Assembly (NCBI GenBank): GCA_910592345.1
Contig: CAJVPI010000229.1
Span: forward strand, 1-40,788
Source: Paraglomus brasilianum
Taxonomy: Eukaryota
DNA: 40,788 nucleotides
Direction of reading: 5' to 3'
A model generated the notes under the pieces. That model saw nothing but the letters and a program-made list of their open reading frames with translations, was not told where the DNA came from and made no database searches. Shown one piece after another: positions 12,301-24,900 of this stretch. A program made the position numbers and the translations under genes. The stretch's first letter is position 1. Every line of letters begins with the position of its first letter.

Positions 12301-13201
12301 TGAATCGGATAAATAAGCAAAATCTTCCTCCGCAGTCAAACAAACTCATGATCGGCACTAAATTTAGTTGGTAGCGTGTCGACAGGCGCAGCAAGCGTGT
12401 CGCCAATTGTGACAAGCGCAAGCAGTCGCAAAATATGTGACAGCACAAACGCTAAAATTAATTGTTCTTCATAATATAATAATTTATATAGAAGCATGTC
12501 GTTTTTCTTGCGATGCAAAAGATATATAAGTAGCTCTTTCTCCATCGTCAAATCTTCATGTTGTTATGTGTTGTGAACATCCCGAAATCCTTTATTATAA
12601 ATATACATAATTTAATATTCTATCGTCGAAATAATTGATTATTAGACCGGACACTCCAATAAATGGCTCACTTAAGCGGAAACGGAATAACATTGATTTG
12701 ATCAAGCTAACAAGCTGTCCGCGGATCAATTACAGAACGAGAGTTGATAATTAATTATCGAGACGATTATTGTTAGTAAAGACAAGTGACGGATACCGAC
12801 TAGTCGACAAACAAATCGAAGATAGCCCTGTTTAAATTTAAAAATCGTGTTATTCCCCTTCGATTCTTTAGTAGAATAATTGTTGTTATTGTTTTATTAG
12901 AGGTACCCTTATTTGTATTCACGAGTGTTTGAAACTCGGATAGGGAGTGAGAAGCGCGCATAATTAAAATAGATCACTTGAGGCTTAATTCAGTCTTAAT
13001 TGTACAATTATCGTAGTAAGGGCGATAGCACGAGCTAAGCCTGGTAACATCCCCGGTCGGCGAACACACCTACGCGAAAGATAAAATCGCTCTCCCAAAA
13101 CACCCCCATTTAATTCCCGACCGTAACACCCTTAACGTTGTTGTGGATTATACTTTACTATTACATAATAATAATCATTTATCGTGATGTTTTTTTTGTT
13201 T

Positions 13202-13820
13202 TCAGTCTCTTTTTTTGTACAAGGTTTTGAATATTGTTGATCGTGGTGTTATACGAACGGTGTTGTTATCGTTGTTATTAGGTATGATCGTATTATTAAG
13301 ATCATCGATAATAGATAGAACACTATGACGAGCAAATATCGCGGGCCTATTGAGTTTTGATCTGATTATTTCGGACAGGGATGCCAGCATATTATGTTCA
13401 AACGTTGCCTGAACGTCAGGTTCATTGGCAAATACGAAATGTTTCTGTTGAAGGTTTTGAAGGTTCGTATTCACATTAGCAACTTGCCCTACGGTGGCAA
13501 GTTGTGATGGAAGGCTTGTGGCGGCGAACGATATTCTTAAAGTTAGGCCATTCAACGAGACGTTTTGGTTTACGACGATAATCTGTGAGATTTTTACTGC
13601 AATAAAAGAAATGTATCATAATGTCTACTCTACCCTATGTACATACTGCCAATGCCCGAATCACAAAGTCGTTACCTGTACCTGTCTGAATAATTTGTTG
13701 GATCTTGTTATGTCTGTATTGTTGAGCAATGCGTCCCAGCGATAGGAAGCAAGTTGTTTTATGTATCAGCTGAAACATTGTCAGAGCCATTGGAAAAATT
13801 GTTCGCGAGTTGAAGTCATA
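13202..13820 (-). pseudogene. Degenerate gene fragment of unknown family
   Basis: Protein-like FVFANEPDVQATFEHNMLASLSEII...FARHSVLSII preceded by an intron-like segment (~13599-13675). The upstream part has stops and the 3' end runs into low-complexity sequence. Confidence 0.3.
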
Positions 13821-14536
13821 TTGTGTAGCCTCGTGTTAGTGTGACTGCAAAACAATTCAAATACGTGACTGCGGTAAATCTGGAGCATGCCAAAAGTGTT
13901 GTATATTCTTTTCCGCAAGTAAAACATCAGAATTTATTTCCTGAAATTATATAATATCACGTAGACAAATAAGGAACCCCTTCTTTTATGGTGAGCAACT
14001 GTGCATACAATAAGGGAACATCTTATGAGAGGAGAAACATCTTTTAAACGCGTTAGATTTAGATTCAACTTTCAGTGGAGTTAGCATCTAGTGCTTTACA
14101 AAAAATTCCATAAAGACGTATTCCTGCTTTTTTATATTTCTAAAGCGCAAACAGCTCAGACCTGGTAAAGGATATGTCAAGTAAGCTATCATGTAGAATT
14201 ATTACAGTAATAGTGTTTGGTACTGTCTTCATAGGTGTAAGCATATTTGAAATAATTATATTAGTTTTTAATGGGAAAATAGCGAATGTTTCTGTAACAT
14301 CGAATAATGTCACCATGAGTTAATTTCTACATAAACATTAACATACAGTATGCTGGTATATGTTTGACCGAAATTTGCTTTCGCTTCTTGTATATGGTGG
14401 CAAGGAAGCATAATTTAAAACGAAAAATTGTCTAACCTACAGGTAAATTCACTATAATGCTTATTCAACGCGTATTTGAATATGGGTAACGATGATCCAC
14501 AATCCGATTATTATTATAGTTTTGAAACTTGTATTT

Positions 14537-16330
14537 TTAACTCAGGAAAAACTTTACATTCTCATAAAACATTAACATGGGATTTTCTCTACTTCTTGTA
14601 GTTGTCCCCTTTACATCCGCATAGCGTTCCAGGAATTCCTTGTGTGTCAGAATTCTGATATGTTTTTCGTCCTCAGTCGCCTGATTTGCTCGACATACTA
14701 TTTGATAAATGTCTTTTAGCAGCTCAAAATTAGTGGGATAAAAGATATCAAAATACCCTGGCATCAACATGTACGTGGAACATGGCACTGTGGTTCGCTC
14801 AAAGCGTGTCTGTACTACGGGAGCGCCTATACCCTCTATTGTATCTGGTAACGTATAGAAGTCAGAGAGCAACAAACGATGATAAGGAAAGTAATTTTTT
14901 AGTATTTCAAGAAACAATAAAAGTTTAGTTGGAATAAATTCAGGTATTGTCATATTGGATGCAAAAGGTAAGAGACTTCGGAATTTGCGTAGAAAACGTC
15001 TTTTGTGTAGGATTGGGGTACGATAATGCGTTTGTTGGCGCAGTGAGAGATAGCGCGCGATTAATGGATCGTTAATGGATTCGTAAATTTCGTGGAAATT
15101 GCCATCGGCATCAGTTACTACTAAACCGTGCCAAGCATCTTCAGTTTCGTTGTCGTAACGGATAAGATCGTGGGCAAAATTATCCTACGGGACAAGGGGA
15201 GGGGGGGGGGGAGAGGGAAAGATGAAAGAAAACAAAGTTTGTAAGTGCGAATTAATGTCAAATAGTTGTTGTAACAAATGACTATTGATGTCTATGTACA
15301 TGTCATTAACCGTGCATACATATTGCATAGTATATACACAATTTATACACGTAACAAAAAAAGCATGTTGTAATAGGGCGCGTTCAGTTAACTTATCCTA
15401 CCACCACTTCAAATGCCAAGAAGAAACAGGGCTCTGACACGTATTTTTTCCAATCAAAAAAATTCTCGTTAACGATCTCTACACAATTATGTGTGTCTCT
15501 CGCTGCTCGCACGCTCTGCCGGTTTGCCTGCTTCTCTGCCAATTTAGCGCTAATTTCAATAATTTTGTATTTGGTTCGCTGATATACTGACGGCTGGAAC
15601 TTTCGTATGTAGTCGAGTATATTGAGCATCAGAGATCCGTTACCAGCACCCAATTCGTATATAATAAGATCTTGGTGAGGATAGCTATTAAGAAGATACT
15701 CAGTGACCATATACTGTGCCATTGCATAGCCATACCATGGCTATATTTTACAAAAGAAATGTAACGGTTCGATGTTATAATAGGGTGATCATAGTAAACA
15801 GCTCAAACAGAAAAACAACCAGGACAGCCAAAATTCGTAAATTCACAAGCAAGGACTTGATTTCCCGTCGACGGAACCTTTTTTATTATTACCTTAAATA
15901 TCTCAACGGGCGTATGCCACAATTGTCTCGCTGCCACATGGTTTTCTTCTAACTGTTCCTCTATTTCGTCGTATTTCTTAGCCAGTATTTTCAAAAACTC
16001 ATTATTATTTTTCATCGAATTAAAGTCAAATTCCATATCAGTGGAAATAATTTGTGCTTGCTTCGAGAAGTATCCATAACGTGGGTTATACAGAGAATTA
16101 TCTACAAAATCCCTCACGAGCATTTTGGTATTTCTTGGGAAGTGTTCGTATTTCGCTGCATCCGTGGATGTGATTCGGCGGTACTTTGAGTGATCTGGAA
16201 TAGGATCATTGTCTTCAAATATGAGTGACCATGCATTGGGAGAACTTCTGTTGGTATGTTGTTGTCGATGTAGAATGGAAGTATGGAATTTCTTTATTCT
16301 CAAGCGACTCAAAATTTTAGAACGAAGCAT
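14537..16330 (-). CDS. Mitochondrial protein arginine methyltransferase, NDUFAF7/MidA-like (Methyltransf_28 family), 3 exons
   Basis: Exons 16330-15893, 15740-15402, 15184-14537. Basic presequence MLRSKILSRLRIKKF; RDFVDNSLYNPRYGYFS, IYELGAGNGSL, FEVV|DNFAHD, GYFDIFYPTNF. Confidence 0.9.
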
Positions 16331-16847
16331 TGATAGTTACGAGAAATGGGAAGTGCGATTTTGTGTGACCATTATAGTATGGTAGATTTTCTCTATGATT
16401 GGTCAAAGTTTTCTGAAATACTATTGGTGAAAATAGTTATATACGGGTGATGTTACAGTATTCCCAGTATGAATCAAGCAGAGTATCTTACTTGGCCGTG
16501 ATTCAAATAACGGCTCGGCTGTGGTTTGGTATTCTGGTGGTAAAACAGTTTAAACTGGGCTTTAGCGAGCACCTCGTTGTGAATAAAAGTTAGGTGTTCT
16601 GGTGGTAGCGATATCTTGTACGACTTTATTACCAAGCTGCGGGTACTCGTAAAATTAGTTTAAATGTCAGGAAAGGGAATTATGAATTAGTTGAAGAATA
16701 CAATACCCTGGGTATAAGTTGGAGGGTGACTATTTTGGAAAGGTATACTGCACATCGTACAATTAAGTAATTTTTAAAGTATGCATCGTAATTTATCCAC
16801 CATTGTCACGTGTAAGGACGTCTAATTTGGTTGATTCACACCATTTA

Positions 16848-19840
16848 CTAGCTTTTCTTTGGATCTTCCTTCAAAGTAACAATGTGATTAAGAATAAGTC
16901 GCTCTTCACCCTCAGCCTCCTTTAAGATCGTGTCTTTATCTAAACAGAAATACCCTACTCGAATTGCCTGGAATCTAACATTTTCTAAATGTGGCTTAGA
17001 TTTCAATGCGTTATCAATCACATTTCGCATTCCAATTTCAATAAGAGAGTTTTTCGCGATATCAAGGCTAGTTTCATTGACATCTGCCAAGAATCCGTCT
17101 GGATTTGATTCTGGATTTCCAGACTTAAATAAGTGACTATATATCCGCACTTCTGCAAGTTTAATGGGAGATTCGTGTTTTGAGGATTCACCAACCCATT
17201 GAATATATGTTTTGGGTTTCATCTTATCCGGACCATCATCATATCTGCACGCCAAGTGAACGATATTTCCATCTGCATCTTTCTTAACGTCTATACATGT
17301 AATGGGATGTGGAACATATAAGAGACCAACGGTTTTTCCTGGAGCAAGGCGGAAATAATCAGGAGAATCTTGTTCTCGGAAATCCGATTGATCAATGTAT
17401 AAGACTTTTGTGAAGGGTATGGAATGCTGAAATATTACGGTAGTAAGTTGACCTGGTATTAACTATATTCTTAGCAACGCGTTAAGCTTACCTCTCCCAT
17501 TGAAGGATCTCTAGGTTTGAACGGAATAGTCAATTCTTCAAGATGATCGTCAGGCAGATTCTCGATTATTACTTTCAACGGATTTACGACTGCCATTAAC
17601 CGCGGCGCGTGATCATCCAGATAATCGCGGACATATTTCTCAAAGCGCGAGACTTGGATGGTAGTACTTGAAGTAGTTGTTACTCCAAGTTCTTGGACAA
17701 AGCCATTGATAGCTTCAGGAGGAATACCTCGACGTCGAAGCGCTGGTAATGTATAAAGCCGTGGATCGTCCCAGCCAAACACATAACCTTCGTTAACAAG
17801 TTTGGCAATCTTGCGTTTAGACATTATTGTATTGTTAATGCTCAATCTATAAAGAAAAGATTTGTTTAATAATAGAAGAGTACAGACAAAGAAAACTACA
17901 CACATAAGCAGTACAAATACAGATACAAAATCGAAATGCAAAAAACCACCAACAAACAGTCTCACCTGTTAAACTCAAACTGAACAGGTTTGTATACTTC
18001 CAATGCATCACATAGCCAATAATACGAATCACGCGACATGCGAAATTCAAGCGTGCATAACGAGTGCGTAATATTCTCAAACGAATCACACAAGCAATGG
18101 GTGTAATCATATGTCGGATAAATACACCATTTATCACCAGTGCGATGGTGAGGTTTATACATAACCCGGTAAGCAACGAGATCCCAAAACTGCGGATTAC
18201 CACTCTGCATATCCATTTTCATACGCAGGGTAGCCTCACCTTCCTTGAATCTTCCTTCCTTCATTTTGACAAAATCCGCCACCGACTCTTCTATGGGTCG
18301 ATTACGATGACTGCACTCTCGACGCGCCCCACGGCTGTCACCACCACGCATCTCATACATTTCTTCGGGAGTACAGAAGCATACATAAGCTTTGTCGCGC
18401 TTTATCAGTTCAATTGCTAATTCGTATAATTTGTCGAAATTATTTGACGCGTACGTAATCTTCCATGGTTTGAATCCAAGCCATTCTACAGTTTCTTTAA
18501 TCGATATGAAATATCGCTCTTCTTCGGCTGCAAAGAAGTCAGACATTAGGTTATATAGAATATTATCTTTTAAAAAATTTTATCCTAGAAGCTATCACCT
18601 TCAGGGTTTGTATCATCATATCTAGCATAGAATTCACGTAGTGTAGTTGAGAATACGTAACATTAGTAACGCCATACACCGCTGAGTATGCTCCAGAAGA
18701 CTAACTACTTTGCATTCACCTGAGATAGCATACACCATTGTTAGCCAGCGCGTATCCAAAATTTACGTTAATAGCCTTGGCGTGTCCGATATGAAGATAC
18801 CCATTAGGTTCAGGTGGAAACCGTGTTATTACTTTTCTTCCAGTTGCTTTAAGATGTTCCTCCATGAGCTCGGGCTTAATTTGTTTGTTACCACCTGGTT
18901 TATGCAGCTTAGCAAGCTCTCCTTCCAAAAACATGGTTGGGGTTCCGATCGTAGTCTTCTTCGGTGCTGTGGAGGTTTGAGAAGCATTGTTTTCCTTTTC
19001 TTTTTTCTACGATGTTTGGTTATGGGATTGCTTAAAAAGTGACTGTATTATAATACAACATTGATATTCGCTTACCTTTTTCTTAACCACCACATCTCGT
19101 TCATCTTTGGGTCCAATTAAAGCTAAAACTTGTTTTTCTACTTCCTCCTTGACGGCAACACCAACGGCCCATTGTAGAGAAGGGAGTTGTTTTGCTTCAG
19201 CCAGTAATCGTCCGAGCATTTTATACCTATCCCTTATAAGAGCATCTTTATTAGAGGCAATAAGATCACTAACGGCTTCGCTAATTTGTTCGGGTGTAAC
19301 GGTTACGCCTTGCAGAAGTAATAAGATGTTTCGATGTCAGCTTAGAGACAGATTGTAAGTTTCTTTCAGATAAAAAGTGCTTGGGAGGCTACCAACCAAC
19401 GCCGCAGTATTCATCAAATCTAGAATCATCAATCGTTTCGGGATTATTCGCTGCAAATCTTATAGCGGCTGCTCAGAATCCAACCCCAATATGATATAGA
19501 TACGAGCATAGTCAGTTAGGAGGATCACGCACGGCTCGCATGCTTAGTAAAGTCTACAATTTTAAATCTTACCAGCGACTTGGTCGGCCGTGTTCAATCT
19601 TTTACTACATATAGCGCGCGAGATATATCCCAAATGAGGAGTTGCGTCTTTGGTTATTGTGGAAGCAAGCGTATAGAGCAAAGCTCCTGTAGCCTTATCA
19701 CAACCAGTGTTTGAGTATCCAGCCTCTGTAATAACGAGTTCCAAGGTGTTTGCGAGTTTATTGTTCTTGGCCGTATCTTTGGCGCGTTGTGCAGTAAGAC
19801 CAATCGATTCAAACAGAGAATTACGTTCAGCCTCAGACAT
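16848..19840 (-). CDS. GLN4: Glutaminyl-tRNA synthetase (eukaryotic type with N-terminal domain), multi-exon
   Basis: [17 protein letters not shown] (HIGH), [41 protein letters not shown]. Includes a 23-nt exon at 18599-18621. Confidence 0.97.
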
Positions 19841-20052
19841 GTTATCTAACTTGTTGTTTTAATCAGAATGCGTTGTTCAGAATGTTGAATGATCAAGGAT
19901 AGACTAAGGATCATTGATGTGCAGGCCGTTGATATATGATGATATATGACTGGTGTAACTTGATTTGGGTTCCGATACCGAAAATACTGTTGTAGATTGA
20001 TTGAACCAAAATTTTTTGGTGATCTCTCTCCGAATGGACCTATTATGTGCAG
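19841..20052. promoter_or_regulatory. Short divergent intergenic region, probable bidirectional promoter of GLN4 and AGX1
   Basis: Only 212 bp between the head-to-head ATGs at 19840 (-) and 20053 (+). Confidence 0.55.
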
Positions 20053-21798
20053 ATGATACCTTATTTTCGCATTCAGTGTCTTACGTCTGTAAGATCAAGA
20101 AATACATTCCTGCCCATTCCAAGACAGTACCTGAAGACAAGATTATTTAGAACTATGGCGGGAAATCAAGAACATAAGCTTTGCATGGTGCCAGGTATGG
20201 AAAGACGCTCAACATTATTCGAAAAGAAATAATTATCATGTAACATATATCACTATTTATATAATAGGTCCAATTGAGTTTCATGAGGATGTTCTCACAG
20301 CATTATCCACGCCTTCACAATCTCATGTCTCGCCTGATTTTATCCCTGTGTTTGGAGAATGCTTTGGACTTTTAAGGAAGCTACTGTTTACTGACAAAGG
20401 TCAACCATTCATTGTGGCTGGTTCTGGTACACTTGGATGGGATATGGTAGCTTCAAATCTGGTTGAGCAAGGTGAAGATGCGTTGGTACTGAATTCAGGA
20501 TATTTTGGTGATTCATTCACTACTTGGTGAGTCTGATATTATACAAGGTTAAAAAATGGTTTGCAACTGCTATTCGAACACGTTATTCGATTATATAGTC
20601 TTGAAACATACGGCGCGAAAGTAACCCAAGTTCATGCTCAAATTGGAGATCGTCCTACAATTGAGAGCATACATGAAGCACTTTCCCAAAACACATTCAA
20701 GATTGTCACTATTACACATGTCGATACATCCACAGGAGTACTTTCAGACATCAAAGCCATATCTGAGCTAGTACATAAGGCGTCTCCCAACACATTGGTT
20801 GTTGTTGATGGTGTATGCTCAGTTGGCTGCGAAGAAATCCGCATGGATGAATGGGGGCTGGATGTTGTAATGACTGCGAGTCAAAAAGCAATCGGCGTAC
20901 CACCAGGACTGTCTATCCTAGTAGCAAGCGAAAGAGCGATAGTAAGCCAAAGCCTCACCAAACCTTCGAAATTTATTGGACGTGATGTAGTATTCATATA
21001 ATTTTGCATTAACTAAATCACAGAACATATTCAAAGGCAGAAAGAGTCCTATCACTAGCTATTACGCCTCTTGGCATAATTGGCTTCCAAGTAGGTTATA
21101 ACTTTTTTTACTATGTCGACCTCTATGATGCACCTCTGTGATGCTTGCCGTATTAACGTTTTACCATAAACAAACGAAACCCAATAGTCATGAACGCATA
21201 CGAAGCAAAAAGGCCATCTTATTTTGCTACGCCTCCGGTCCAAATGATCTATGGTCTCCATACAAGCTTGAAGCAGATAACAGCTACCTCGCTTGAGGCT
21301 CGTTTTGAACAGCATAAAAAAGTCAGTGATGCGATTAAACGTACATTCGATGAGTTGGGACTGAAGATGGTATGTGGCATATAAGATGTCATTCTTGCTT
21401 ATTGATCCGAAACCTCCCGAATCGCATGATTCTAACATATTACTGTTGATCAAGCTACCAAAATCTCTAGACATAGCAGCCCATGGCATGACGGCAGCAT
21501 ATTATCCAGAAGGTATACAGGCTCCTGATCTTCTTCGTAAGATGTTGGCACATAACATTGTAGCTGCTGGCGGTTTGCATAGAGCCATTGCGTCAAAATA
21601 TTTTAGAATCGGGTAAGCATATGTTATGACTTGTTAATTCTGAATGACGTTCTGTAATTTGCTAAACGTTTAATTATTCTCTATCCACATATTAGGCATA
21701 TGGGTATTAGCGTGGTCGAGAGTGAACGCAAACATATTGAGCAAGTATTGGACGCTTTAAAAGCCAGCTTGCATGAGTTGGGATACAAAAAAGCATGA
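20053..21798 (+). CDS. AGX1: Alanine-glyoxylate aminotransferase (class V PLP enzyme), multi-exon
   Basis: LCMVP|GP, AGSGTLGWD, THVDTSTGV, VVDGVCS, PLP lysine motif TASQKAIGVPPGL, YFATPP, FRIG|HMG. Stop TGA 21796-21798; second in-frame ATG at 20155. Confidence 0.95.
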
Positions 21799-21905
21799 AA
21801 ACTGGCAAGTTGTGGTGAAATGGAAATGTAATAATAAATATAATAATTACAGTCTATGATATAGTATCCCAGAATACTAAAAGAGCGGCATCGATCCTAT
21901 TGGGG

Positions 21906-24900
21906 TCATTCCTTTTTACACGTAACGGAGTCTTGCTTATTTTCCGTTGGAAGCACGTCAACAAGTATTGATTCATACAACTCGCTTTGGGGAGACTCTG
22001 CATTGTCCACCAACTTTGTTGTAGTAATTGTCGCTTCAGCAACATCACCTGCATGAAAGACGCTTGTAAAGCAATCCCCATTCAGAAACTGAACAACGCA
22101 GTTAACTGTTCTGATATACTAACCTTTACTCGCCGAGCTAGTGGCAACATCACAAGGGTCTAAAACTAAAGAGATCAAATTTGATATTAAAAATTTTGTA
22201 ATGAGAAAAAAAAAAGCTCTAGATACTTACAATTTGTCCTGACTTCTTCGGAAATCGCCAATAACTCGGATTCCTCTTCAGCTACTATTTGCGTGACTTC
22301 AGTTTCAATGACCTCAGCGGTTAACTTCTTCTTTGTGTACAGTTCTTCTTTTATCCGCTCCTTAGCCAATTCGTCATATTTGGTAATCTACATAAAAGTA
22401 ACAAGTTGAAAAGCATGTCTTAATTTTTTCGAACAAGTCATTCTCATATCTCACCTCAACGTTGAATAATGCCAACACTGCATGATAACAAAGGCAGTGA
22501 GAATCAAAAGTTGTATTAGCGATCTTTAACAACAGATTAAATTATGTACCGGGTCTATGGTCGGAAATACGTATCTCAGCGCGCGAATATCGTTTCAATT
22601 GTATCTACGTCGATAACTTAAATAAGTTCGGATTATACAAAGGGCGTGATATCATAATGGATAAGGTAAATATTCTTACATTCTCTCCACGGAATAAAAT
22701 TCTGTCTGTCCAGGCTGGTATGCGATTCTTCTCGCTTTCGTACAAAACAGAGTTGACGAGTGCTCATAAACAGATTTCGTTTTATCTTCTTCATGTTTAA
22801 CTTTACCTTGTGTCGTAATTGTCGGTTCCGTTGTCGTATTTGTAAGTAGGCATGAAAGTGATCTCTCCTTCTTTGAAATCAGCAAACACTGCTTTAGATG
22901 CTTGTTGATTTTTCAGCTAGCAAGCGAAATACGATTGAAGTTAATATTTAGATATTGACAGTTTTTAAATAATGTTGTGGGCATGCCTGATCTGCTTCTA
23001 ATAGTGTCTTTAAGTCGCCAATGGATGCGTACTGCCTGACCTAGAAGATACATTTCTATTATTAGTCATAAGTAGAGCAGATAATAGAACATTCATAGGC
23101 GCTTACCAGCTCGTCCGGTAAATCAATACGATAATTTAAATCACCTAACCAAATGACATTTCTATTTTTGGAGAAAAATTCTTCGTTTAGTCATGTGTAG
23201 TAAGTAATCTTTGTAAGAGGCAGATGCGATAATTCTTACTCGTGATGATCGAGAAGTCTGCCCCTTGTGAACCATAGTCCTTTGCTAATTGTATTATAAT
23301 CATTATTCCGCTCTATATAGTTCAAATGGCCTGATTTTACGTATGACAGATAATTTTAATATATAACATATGCGGGAACGGGACTAATAAGTTTCATTGT
23401 ACCCACCAGAAAATAAATGCGCAGTGACGAAACACAGACTAGTGTCGTAGTAATCCAAGCGAATGGCAACTGCACCTTTGTTACCGGCCATTCCACCAAG
23501 ACCTGTCTTTATTTACGAATTAAATACTTATGACCAATGTGGTTTTTTTTTAAAAATAAAATAAATTAAATTATTATACCTTTTTCATAGATGCTTCAAT
23601 ATTCCGTACTGCAGGAAGTACATCAGCCCTTGCATACACCACCAGTGCTGTCCCCACAAGTTGGCTCGATCGTAATAAAACATATTTCTTTCCCTGAGGC
23701 CTTTCATTTAGTGTTTTACCAATATGTTTGACCCAAATGCGCCTATAGCAGACATAAATATACACAATTAGCAACCTGGGACGTTTCTTACGCATAATTT
23801 CAGAACAACTTACAATTTTTCTGGATCAGCCGACACGATCTAGTAAAGCAAAATTAACAACTATCGCCTACAATTGCCACAAAACTTAGCATTTTATGTG
23901 CTCACCTGTTGTGGTTTCAGTTCAACAATTTCCTGAAATCCAATAATATACAATTCCGGATCTACACAGACCACCGGCCTTAATACTATATTTAATGGGT
24001 CTGCTAACTATAATCAAGCGATCACTCACCACACTCGAGGCCCAACAGCCATGGTTCTAAAGATTCTCCGTTGGGTAAAACTCCGTTTAAATTATAAGTT
24101 CCGACGAACACATTTATATTTAGCTTTTCTGAGAAATCGTGAAGTCTTTTATAACAACGAGAAGAACAGTTTAGTACTAGAACAGGCAGATACACACACA
24201 GACACACGACTTGTCCGCTAAATCTTACCTATCTTGTAAATCTCTCATAACCAGTCTACGAATGGGATCATGAATTACAATTGATTTCTGATTGACCGAC
24301 TTCCCCTGTTGTATAAGAAAGTTCTAAAAGTAAATAGTTACGTTCAATCTCCGCGTCACGTTGAAAATATGTAACTCATACCTACAAGTAGCATGTCAAT
24401 AACTTCCTGCTTAAACTTATCATGAAAATTACCAATGTAAAATCGGGTCGCGCTTTTTGTTGCGTCATTGACAATGCCTGAAATAATATGATTTATATTA
24501 GGAAAAGTCATCCGATAAACACCTCGTGAGATTTCCAGTCTTAGTAACATACCAGCAAAAGTAAGTTTGCCGCTCTTTGTTATGTCAGATTTCAACGCTC
24601 CTGTTCCAGCAGAGATCTGGGATATGCTGTCACCATTCTCTATCCACAACTGCCCATGGTGTCCAAGTAAGAGCTCCGTTTCAAATTGGCTAGCATTGAG
24701 TTTCTGTCGCAAATATGTTTGTAATATTGTGCGAGATATTAAAGTTTGAATTATATTCGTTCTGTATGCGTTTGATAAACCCACGTTAGTTCTGAGAATC
24801 AGAAAAATACAGATGACGTTCAATATCATTAGAAAGCATTACCTGTCCAAGCTAGTAAACAACGAAAACAGATATTTGTTAGCAATGATTCAATATAATT

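Noticed and set aside
13018..13095. GC-rich segment with agctaagc resembling 5S rRNA box A or a ribozyme
   Set aside because: The rest of the 5S sequence and structure is absent and I could not build an HDV-like pseudoknot.
15188..15217. G-run as a G-quadruplex element
   Set aside because: Explained as the C-rich polypyrimidine tract of a minus-strand intron acceptor.
16456..16750. MITE with CAGTAT termini
   Set aside because: Only a short inverted match and no matching TSD.
21796..21831. Stop-codon readthrough giving AGX1 a cryptic PTS1
   Set aside because: Context is TGA AAA rather than TGA CTA, and the extension ends EMEM, not a PTS1.
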